This document shows positions 54,321 through 64,000 of a stretch of 64,000 bases of DNA, piece by piece; position 1 is the stretch's first letter, and every line of letters begins with the position of its first letter. Source of the DNA: Octopus bimaculoides (Eukaryota); the NCBI RefSeq assembly GCF_001194135.2, contig NC_068990.1:43465538-43529537 (forward strand). The letters are read 5' to 3'. A program made the translations under genes and the position numbers. The notes beneath the pieces were generated by a model. That model searched no databases, was not told where the DNA came from, and saw nothing but the letters and a program-made list of their open reading frames with translations.

Positions 54321-54707
54321 AAATAAATATACCAATACATTATATTGTCTTTGAGCTTTTAAACTTCAATGGTAATTCATGTAGATAATAGTTGGAAAAA
54401 TAAGGATGCATGAAATTGAGAGTTGTGCTAAGTTTAAAAAAAAGAAAAGTGACTAAAGGTTTATGTGTTAAGCAGGAAGTGTGTGTAAGGGAAGACAATT
54501 CTGTGGGAATTGTCTTCCCTTACACACACTTCCTGTTTTGACACCACACTTCCTGCTTAACACATAAACCTTTAGCCACTTTTCTTTTTTTTAAACCTAG
54601 CACAACTCTCAATTTCATGCATCCTTATTTTTCCAACTATTATCTACATGGATTACCATTGAACTTTAAAAGCTCAAAGACAATATAATGTATTGGTATA
54701 TTTATTT
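54321..54707. repeat. Long near-perfect inverted repeat with 5-nt loop
   Basis: Left arm 54321-54501 is the reverse complement of 54507-54707 apart from 4 substitutions and a 20-nt extra segment in the right arm; loop tgtgg. Confidence 0.97.
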
Positions 54708-56384
54708 GTATTGAGTGTGGTTTGTGTACACAACACATATTTAATGCTATACAACAACAATGGGCCTGTTTTCTTTATCTAGAAAGAAGTCGCAATATAC
54801 GGATTCAAGTAATCCAATAGTACTCCTAAATAAAAGCTTAATATATCATTCTACAAAACATAGTATATACAGTATGATACAAGAGAAAACAATAAGGACT
54901 GTATAAAGTCATAAATGACAGAAATAGTTTGATGTAATTTATTTATTATTATATAATATAAATTCTTTACATGTTTCTAAGTTACAAAACAATTTGTCGT
55001 GATATTAGTATTTTCTTATTGTTAAATAAAATTTTATCAAACTATTTCTCTTTCATTTATGATTAAATATATATGTATATATATATATATAGAGAGATAG
55101 ATAGATAGATACTTGTTACTTTTAACAGCAGGTATTGTGTTATTCAGTCAACTGAACTACCAACTCCTTAACTTAATGTGTAGGTGGCTGAGTATTCCAA
55201 AAACATGTGTACCCTGAATGTAATTCTCATGCAGAATAGGAACAGTATATATAGCCGAGGATAGCCTTTGAATTATAGGTATAGTCCATGTGACAGTATC
55301 CCATGCAGTTTTCATATACCCAATTCCACCCTCAACACTGGCAGGTATTAACAAAGCTTTAGGCTATGTTAATTAACACTTACCCAAAATGGTATGCAGT
55401 TGGTTTGGACCCAAGACCTTATGGTTACTACATGAATTTCTTAACCATTTGGCCAAACTACATTCAACACACCCACACAGTTTGTAATTTTGTAGTCCTG
55501 CAAATAAGTCACTTTTAATTAGTATAAATATGAATAAGAAATAAAAATACACCTATATATGTTGAACCATGACTGACAAGTTTTTCAAATATTTCCTCAT
55601 GAATACAGTAAACTTTGGGTATTTACTGTCAGTTGATTCTGATAAAATCAAATATTTTATATTGTACATCACAGCTGAAAGTAAAATCAATTTTGACATG
55701 GTTCATATTTGAGAACTACTGTTGACCTAGTCAGTTACACAAATCACCACCATCAGGTTATCAACAGCTATATATGATAGCTAAAATTGTCTTGCACAAA
55801 TACACATTCCTATGACAAGATTAAAGCTTTTAATGTGCCATGAATGTCCAATAAGCAGCTGTCCACTTGACATTGCACCTCTCACCTCTTGCTATATTAT
55901 AATATAGTTAATAATGTTAGTTCTATCAGCTTATTGCTATCTGATTCCACTTATTGACCATAATAAAAGCGAAGATTTTGCTATTTGACATTTGTGTTAC
56001 AAACACATCATCAACTAGGGTTGATGCATATCGATAGTGTTATGTTTTTATCATCAGTTGAAAGTGACCTATGACAGAAATGGGCATGCTGCAGACAAAA
56101 TGCCTTGTGGTATTTAGTTGCATTTCTTATGTTCCGAGTTCATATCCTGCTAGAATAACTTTGCCTTCCCTCCTTTGGAATCAGTAAAACAAGCACAAGT
56201 TATATAGATATACTGGACATTGGTCAACTACCCCACTTGTGATATAAATAAGTGTTCTTCTTCCAGTATAAAAAGGTTAATATTAAGTTCTTGATAGTAT
56301 TCTCTCTCCTCACAGAAATTATTTTTATTTACAATTTATTTACTGTGATTATTAAAAAAATTTACTTTTCCTTTCTTTTTTCAG

Positions 56385-56532
56385 GTATGTGTTTCTTGGA
56401 TTTACCAAAGATGGTCAGTTTGTCATTTCTTATTCCCTCCAAGTTGACACTGATGAGAACACAGGATTTCTTCCAGTTTATGTCTACAATCTACAGTGGT
56501 GGTGGTTCATACCATATAAGCCCTTAAAAAAG
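56385..56532 (+). CDS. DCAF15: DCAF15 internal coding exon (probable exon 3), 148 nt, phase 2 to phase 0
   Basis: Long polypyrimidine tract and ttttcag| acceptor; donor AAG|gtaata. Encodes (G)YVFLGFTKDGQFVISYSLQVDTDENTGFLPVYVYNLQWWWFIPYKPLKK versus recalled human (G)[45 protein letters not shown]. Overlaps track ORF 56389..56643. Confidence 0.92.
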
Positions 56533-56861
56533 GTAATAGAAAAAGTGGCTTTTAAATTATTCTATTACTGGAGATTATTAGCATGTTTTTCTTTCAAAAA
56601 TTTTTATCTGTTCATTTCATTTGATGTTGCATGGCTTAGATGACAAGATTTTTTTTTCAACCAGATATGTTTCCTGTCGCCAACCCTTACCTATTTTTCA
56701 AGTTAGGGAATTTTTTATTCCAGAGTGATTCAAAAGTGCAAAGTTAATAGACAGTATATTGAAAGGGAATGTTAGCAAATGTTACCATTTGCACCTAACC
56801 ACAAACAATAATGTGATCATTTGCATACACACACACACACACACACACACATGTATGCATG

Positions 56862-57018
56862 AAGGGTTTCTTTCAGTTTCAATGTAAGAAATTCCTTCAC
56901 AAGGTATTATATTAGTTGGCCTGGAGCTATTATAGAAGACACTTGCCCAAAGTGGTGTGTAGTGAGAGTGATCCCTAAGCCACGTGATTTAGAGGCAAAC
57001 TTCTTAACTACACAGCCA
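56862..57018 (-). mobile_element. SINE family A, antisense, degenerate
   Basis: gggtttctttcagtttcc...tatagaagacacttgcccaaag...cttcttaactacacagcc. Confidence 0.75.
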
Positions 57019-57389
57019 TGTCTAGTTATCATTTTAATTAAAAGAAATTTCATTGAGAAATCAAGATATGCCTTGCCTTTTTCTAATTAAACGGATGTCT
57101 TACTTAGCAAAAGTTAACTTGTTTGTCCATGATTGACATTGATAAAGAGCAGTAGAAAGAAAGTGAAGGTAGCCAAATAAAAGAATACTACAAGTTATGA
57201 CCTTAGGTTCTGAGATAGAAGTTGATTATGTATTATAAATAATCACAGCTTCAGTTTTGCTTAGCTTTGTATATTTTCCGCAACTAGTGCAGGCTGCATT
57301 TTGGAACTGAGCACTGTAATTTGATTTTTGTAATTACACAGTTTTAAGAATCACAGATTGAAAATGATATGTATTATCTTCTTTTTACC

Positions 57390-57735
57390 TTTTTTACTTG
57401 TTTCATTCATTGGACTGCAGTCATGCTTGGGCACAGCCTTGAGGGATTTATTCAGACAAATCAATCCTAGTACTTTTTTTTTTTTTTTTACTAAATCTAG
57501 TATTTATTCTATTGGTCTCTTTTGCTGAACCTCTAAGTAACAGGAACATAAACAAACCAATGCCAGTTGTTAAGTAGTAGGCAGCAGACAAACCTAAAGA
57601 CACACAGTTTCTGTCTGTCAGATTCATTCACAAGGCATTGGTTGACCCCAAGGCTATAGTAGAAGGTGCTGCACAGTAAGACTGAAGCTGAAACCATGTT
57701 ATTGTAAAGTGAGCTTCTTAACCACAAAGCCATGC
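57390..57735 (-). mobile_element. SINE family A, antisense
   Basis: tttacttgtttcattcattggactgcagtcatgc...caaggcattggttgaccccaaggctatagtagaag...cttcttaaccacaaagcc. Confidence 0.8.
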
Positions 57736-57822
57736 AAATGACAATGGAAGCAGTAAAAATATATAAAACTCTAAAGAATAGAAAGGCCATGTAGTAAAGC
57801 ATTCTTGATTTTTGTATTATTG

Positions 57823-58040
57823 TGAAGGTGCGTCAGTTAGTGATTAGGGTATTTGGCTCACAATCATAAGGTCTTGAATTCAATTCCTGGTGGCGCTGTT
57901 GTGTCATTCAGCAAGACACTTTTATTTCACATTGATCCAGTTCACTCAGCTGAAGAAAAATGAGTTGTACCTGTAATTCAAAGGACCAGCCTTATCACAC
58001 TGTGTCATGCTGAATCTCTATGAGAACTACGTTTAGGGTA
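57823..58040 (+). mobile_element. CORE-like SINE family D
   Basis: ttcaattcctgg...gtgtcattcagcaagacacttttatttcacattgatccagttcactcagctg; its tail recurs in antisense near 55170-55225. Confidence 0.7.
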
Positions 58041-59907
58041 CGAGGTCATTATGTAATCTAATTAGCGCTAGACGAGCCAACATGAGGGCCTCTATGTTAT
58101 TGCTCATCCTGCTAGAAATAGTTGCCAAATTCTCAAATCTTACCCTGTATCTTAAAAGAAAAAAAAAGCATGTGGGTTCATGTAATCCTAGATGTACATA
58201 TCTTAGATACCTTTGGTCATATGTCTGCTGAATAAGGGCTAGTCTAGAGCTGAACAAAAATGCTGGAAGCTGGCTATAACAAAAACATAGCTACTAGAAT
58301 GAATAAGAGTTGGGAAAATTTCAGAGCACTATTATCTCTGTTGACAATAAAAGTTTTTGTGACTGGAAGAGAGAAATGAAGTAAGCCTGATGTGTTATAT
58401 CTGTTTCTGAATAAATGGTGAACACAAATAAGCTGAAAGACCAGCTAGATATTATTAACTGCATTGGCTTGTGCAAAAGAGATGGTGTTGGTATACATAT
58501 GTGATAGAAATTGGCATTAGGTACTGGTTTGAAGAGGCTCTGTCTACTTCGAGTGGAGTGTATCTGTAGCAGAGGAAAACTAATGAAGATGTTTGAAGGT
58601 GCCAAGGCTAGATCTTAAGATGTTGGGCCTTCCACACATGATGACAAAAGATAAAAATTAGTGTATAGCAGATGTATCAAACCCATTCCAGCATAGAGGA
58701 ATGTGAATGTCAAAATATCTCCATGATATAATGACTAATAGCTTATGTTTGAGAGCATTCTAGAAAATTTAATTTCCAAATATGAAACATGAAATAATGT
58801 AACTATAATCTAGTATAAATCAATAGTTAGCATTATGATTATTTCTATCACTATAATCTAATCCATGAATGCTTTCATTTTCTCCTTGGTTATATCAAAC
58901 CATTTTGTAGTCTGATTATATTAAATGTATTGGTTTGGCATATTTACTTGTTACTTCAGTCACAATGCAAAAATGTTGGTGGGGAAATAATATTGTTAAG
59001 CAACTTAATGTTTGTTTTGTTTTTTTACACCATTCACATTTCTTTGTATTCTCAGAGTTTGGTTTTACATTTTCACATCCTCTCTTTTATTGCTAACATC
59101 AAATATCAATGCCTAACTCAGCTGTAATAAAATTAAATTTTATTGTATCCTTAACTCTTTTCTTTGTTGAAGTTGTTGGTGTTATGGAATGTTTTCTATT
59201 TGTAATCTGGTCAGCTAAAATAATCTTTATATGCTAACTTTACTCAATCAAAATTTACACACTTGTTGATACTACTTGTAAAAAAAACTTTTATTTATTC
59301 CTCAATATAAAAAAATTCTTCTATGAACTAATACAATGTTTTTTGTTTTTTTTTATAAAATGGATTTAGCATGAAGAGACTCAGTGTTCCTTCTGTTGTC
59401 AAGAGATTATTATGTAATGCAGTAGATCTCAGTTGGTGTACTGCAGATTTTTAAATATATATGTTAAGGCTTTAGAAATTCCCTAGTAATGTTTGAGCAT
59501 CTTGAAAAACATGTTATTAAAAAAAAAATATATATAAATATCATTAATAAAACAAATTAAGCTATAGTTTTCTATATTTTTAAAACTGTACTTTCTTTTT
59601 TTTTTAATTTCCTATGTGAAGTGCACCAGTAATTTCACTTTTAATCTTTGGTGCACTGCAAAGTCAGAAAGTTTGCAAGCTGCTGATGTAATAACTTTAA
59701 AAACTAGAATGTTCGTGTTATGACAAGGTTAATTAGAGTATCACAGCTAAAGTGTGTGATAGTAAGAAAAGGAATAGCATTGCATAAATGATTACCACAA
59801 TTATTTAAAGAATTCATTCAGATTAAATTGAGAAGTTATATAAGACAGTAACACCATATGTAATTGATTAAAGAATTTTCATGAAGCTACTGTTTGCTGG
59901 AATCTTT

Positions 59908-60110
59908 ATCATCATTTAATTTCTGTCTTCCATATTGGAATTGGTTGGATGGTCTAACAGGATCTATTGAGCCAGGGGACTGTGCTGAGCTTCAATATCT
60001 GTTTTACCATGATAACTATAACTAGATACCCTTCTTAATGCCAACCACTTTACAGAATGAATTTGGTGCCTTTTTTTGTGACACCAGCACTAGTGAGGTC
60101 ACCAAGTCCC
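59908..60110 (-). mobile_element. Short repeat family B
   Basis: atcatcatttaatttctgtcttccatatt...ctagatacccttcttaatgccaaccactttacag. Confidence 0.7.
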
Positions 60111-61019
60111 CTTGACTGAGCGGGGTTGTAGTAGAGAAGTTTGATATATGTTGAGAGGCTTATGTTTGAGGGACAGGCACAAGTGTCTTGTTATAGAGAT
60201 ACACGACTTCCTTGCATTATATAAGGGTGAGTAGGAGGAGCAGGAAAAAAAACAATGTCAAAATGTACTCTCAAGAAGATGAATATTAGACATTATAAGA
60301 AACAGGAAGAGTGGGTTAAGTTCATTAGAGTGTGATTGGAGAGTGATTAATGGCTACAGATGGGTGTAGATGCATATGCAGTAAATGGAACAAGGGTGGG
60401 ATGATAAAAGAATGAGTGGCTCAGGTAGGAGCAGGTAATAAGTGGTAGTACTGAAAGGGAGGGGAGCAGCAATATAATAAGCCTGTTGGTAGATGAGAAA
60501 ATAGGGAGTTGGTATGTGGGATGAGGAGAGTGGACAGAAGAGAGAGAGATGTATGAGATACATAGGGTTAGCTATAATTGGTGTGGAGACAAAGAGGGAA
60601 GAAGGCTGTTGGTGACAGATATGATAATGATAGCAGATAAGAGAGGGTATTGAAAATAAGGTAATGGCAGTCCTAAGATGCTTTTCAGGGAGACACTGAA
60701 AGGTGTGATCAATGGAAAATAAAGTGGAAATGGTTGATAACATGAATGAGTAATAGATTTTAAAAGGTTCTGGAGAGAGGGGTGATGTAACTGGTAGCAC
60801 AAAGAGGGATGAAATGTGCATATTCTGCTTTTGTATGATTATAGCAGGTGAGTAGTGCTGTAGTTAGAAAAGAGTGGAGGTGAATGTTTGAAGGGGACAC
60901 ATTGGGTGCATGAACAGGACCCAGTGAATGTATAGACAAAAGCATAATGTTTTTAGGACCACACTTTTATTGAGACAGACAAGTCTAATAGCACAGCAAA
61001 TTGCCAATCATCTCAGTCT

Positions 61020-62230
61020 TTTGTTATTTCCTCTCTGATGTCTTCCTGGGCCTCCCTCTTCCACAGGTTCCATCTGCATTTAGCAATTGGGTCTTCTTTT
61101 GACAGCTGTTCTCATCCATATGTATCACATGGCCATACCAGTACAGTCGTCTCTCTTGCTCACTACATCTGATTCCTATTATGCCCAATTTTAACATATT
61201 TGCACTTTGTTGCATGTGTATACTAACATTGCACATCCAACAAAGCATACAAGCTTCATTCCTTTCTATTCTTTGCATGTTCTGTTTTCACACCCCATAT
61301 TTCAGTGTCATGTAGCATTGCTGTTCATACACAAACATCATACAATTTGCCTTTTACTCTGAGAGAAAGATCTGTTGTTACCAACAGAGGTAATAGCTCT
61401 CTGAACTTTCTCCATTCTGTCCTTCATATGAGAAAATCTATATCCTATCTGTCCAGCAATTTGGTAACTCTATCTCCTTTACCCTTGTAACAATTGACTA
61501 TAATGACTCTATGTCAGTCATTGGGTATTAATCCTTCCTGTGCAACTTGATTAACTATACAAGTGACAAGGCTTTATCCTATGCCACGTGATATTTTAAG
61601 CATCTCAGTGGTGATTCCTGATGGACCACAGGTTTTCCCTGCCTTCCTATCCCTAATTGTTGTCAATGAGGATAGCTGGGCCCTCTGTTGGACTGATCCA
61701 ACTTGGGGTCCATGCTAGAAAGAACCTCATTCTTTTCAAAATGACTAAGTGTAGTGTACCATAATCCAGCTACATACACACTTATCGCCCAAATTTTGAT
61801 TCTTTCTGATAGTCTGGCAGTCTGGAACACCTCATGCTGATGAACCCTTGATCTGGCTGGAACTAGAATGTTCACCAGCCACAGATTTAGTTTATTGCTC
61901 TCGATAGGTTGTTTCAAAGGAACTTCTAGTTTTCCTCTACATTATACATCTTTATCTTCTCTTCCTCCTTGTCAAATGCTTCAATTAGTACTTCTATAAA
62001 TTTCTGAATGTACATTGAATCTAATCTTCCACAACTTCCATTTCTGTGTCCTTTTAGCTCTGAGACTAAAGTCACCAGCTGCTACCTATGTTGGATAGTA
62101 CATTCTTCCCTCAGGAAGGATTTTCTATTCACAAGCAACTGTCTGTCCTGTTTTCTGGTGAGAATGTTGTCAGTTTGGTTGGTGTTCCTACAAGATTGAT
62201 ATGTGATTAGGTAGCTGGCTGGTTTCTTGA
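61020..62230 (-). mobile_element. Internally deleted RTE LINE
   Basis: End of endonuclease (61920-62230, homologous to 51520-51790), linker to GPSGITTEMLKIS (~61570-61640), then directly WRKFRELLPLL..KGKLYDVCV and ERRLYWYGHV..GRGRPRKT. Confidence 0.8.
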
Positions 62231-62789
62231 AAAAGTAAAGAAGGATTGCAATATCACATCATTAGCTTTCTTTTAATCTTCGTCCATTCTCCAATACTCT
62301 AATGCTATAACTACCATTTATATTAGCATGTACTTTGTTGTGATTTTATATAAATTTACTTGAGATCTCATTACACGGTTTATGCTCCTATTGCTACGTT
62401 CATTTTCAAACTTTTAGATTCCAAATTTTTCCCCGTCTTTTAAGCTTCCAGTGTTGTGATCAGAACTAAATTATCTGCATTTAGAGCTCCTTAGCAACCA
62501 ATTCTGAATTTCTTATAAGCACCAGGTAAAGGAGGTAGTGAGGGACCTGTAAAATGTTTGTGCACTCTTATTAGAAATTTGAAATTCCTTATTGAATGTA
62601 TTGCCAATCATAAATCAAATGTTAACCTTTTTCTATACATGTTTTTTTATTATTATTTTCAAACAATATATTAGATCCATCAAAGATTATGCCAGCCCTA
62701 CAAGTGCCTGCAGTTTTTCCACAATAAACTACAGAACACAAAATAGCACACTAAACATCACCACTGCCTGGACACAGGCCACTCCCACA

Positions 62790-62970
62790 GGATGGTAGAA
62801 TCGTTAGCATGCTGGGTAAAATGCTTAGTGGCATTTCACCCATCCTTACATTCTGAGTTCAAAATCTGCTAAGGTTGACTTTTGTCCTTTCAGAGTTGAT
62901 GGGGGGTCAATGTGATCAACTTAACCCCTACCCCAAAATTGCTGACCTTGTGCTAAAATTTGAAATCAAT
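62790..62970 (+). mobile_element. SINE family C (Nin-domain-like)
   Basis: gaatcgttagcatgctgggtaaaatgcttagtggcattt...ttctgagttcaaa...aggttgacttt...ggggtcaatgtgatcaact. Confidence 0.6.
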
Positions 62971-62989
62971 AATGAAATGGCACCTAGAC

Positions 62990-63250
62990 ATGTGAAGAGC
63001 ACAGTCTGTTATTACAGTAAGCTTCAATCCCCATCATCCCAATCACTACATGAAAAACTACCTCCAAACACCCAGACATGTATTCAACAGCCTGGAGCAG
63101 CATCTTAAAACATTGTCTTTCCCACTCATCAAACATAAAAAATACAGTATTAGCAATAACTTCAGTAATTTCCCTGGTGTCAACTACTTGACTGGGATGC
63201 ACCCACCAACAATAAGGGCAGAGGAACATCAATTGTTGCACTACAACTAA
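62990..63250 (+). mobile_element. Possible APE endonuclease fragment of a CR1/L2-type LINE
   Basis: PPNTQ (cf. YRPP) and NFSNFPGVNY (cf. GDFNLPxIxW) in adjacent frames. Confidence 0.35.
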
Positions 63251-64000
63251 GTCTACCTTGTTGCTTCAGCTGTGACTACTCCCAGAATCTACTGGTTTAT
63301 AAGAATAGATTGTCACACTGCATTCGTTTATGGTTCATGACTGCATTTGAGTGTGCAATATGGTCCTCAGTTTAGAAAATGTGGTACGGCTAGGAACCTG
63401 GGATTGGTCAATCAGTGCTGACTTGAGGCTTTATAGCAGCAATCTAGTACTCTATCAATTATCAGAACAAACCAAAATATAGATGTTTGTTTTTGTAGAA
63501 CTATCTCATTGGTATCATGATTGTTTTTGTTCCTGATAGATTCTTTCGAACAACCTGAGGTTTTTAACACCTTTACGGATATCCCTAGACACTGTTTAAT
63601 TTTTTCTCTCTTTGTATCTCCACTTGTTCTGATTATATTTTTTCTAATCACCACATTTACTTGGTTAACAAGAGACAACAGTCTTTCTTTATTTTTCTCA
63701 TGATCTCTGTTAACTTTTTTTGTAATTGTTTTTCTTTCGAGTAGACATCTATTTAATTTCAATATACTTGAGGCTTTGTTGGTGTTTTAGTAAAATATTT
63801 GTAACATTATATATTGATGTATTATGTTGGTCTCAATCATCTAAAACTTCATATTATCATTTCATGTTTCATATAAAATTTTGATCAAGATTTTAATTTA
63901 AATATGAACATATTTTTTATAAGGAATGATTTGGATCAGGTTTTCATACATTATTACAAATGGCATGTTTTCTCAATGATGGTTCTGTCTGGTTTTAATA

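Noticed and set aside
60354-60945. Overlapping minus-strand ORFs (155, 76, 61 aa)
   Set aside because: Antisense of purine-rich low-complexity sequence with few stops; no domain.

Overview
AT-rich animal genomic DNA, most likely a coleoid cephalopod (Octopus-like), judged from its tRNA-headed SINE families, RTE LINEs, mariners, microsatellites and short N gaps. One host gene is identifiable: two + strand exons (49344-49462 and 56385-56532) with canonical AG/GT sites splice in frame to 'VRGSLQTHRHQRKEKFFKKIPGRLCFKLTSLVPRVLLDDG|YVFLGFTKDGQFVISYSLQVDTDENTGFLPVYVYNLQWWWFIPYKPLKK'. This matches the N-terminal part of DCAF15, the CRL4 substrate receptor, as I recall the human protein. I could not find its first coding exon or the next exon downstream. 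The first ~2.8 kb keeps CpGs while the rest is largely CpG-poor, so much of the window may be DCAF15 intron, with a promoter or a divergent gene near the left edge. Nearly every other ORF in the track is decayed transposon, the antisense of one, microsatellite noise or a gap artefact. I saw no tRNA, rRNA, CRISPR or prokaryotic features, and no clearly new multi-gene system. The most unusual structures are a 387-bp near-perfect intronic palindrome, inverted SINE pairs around a frame-preserving 267-nt two-exon cassette, a locally copied LINE fragment inserted into a mariner, and smaller fold-back or tandem elements. All family assignments come from recalled motifs, not database searches, and repeat boundaries are approximate.
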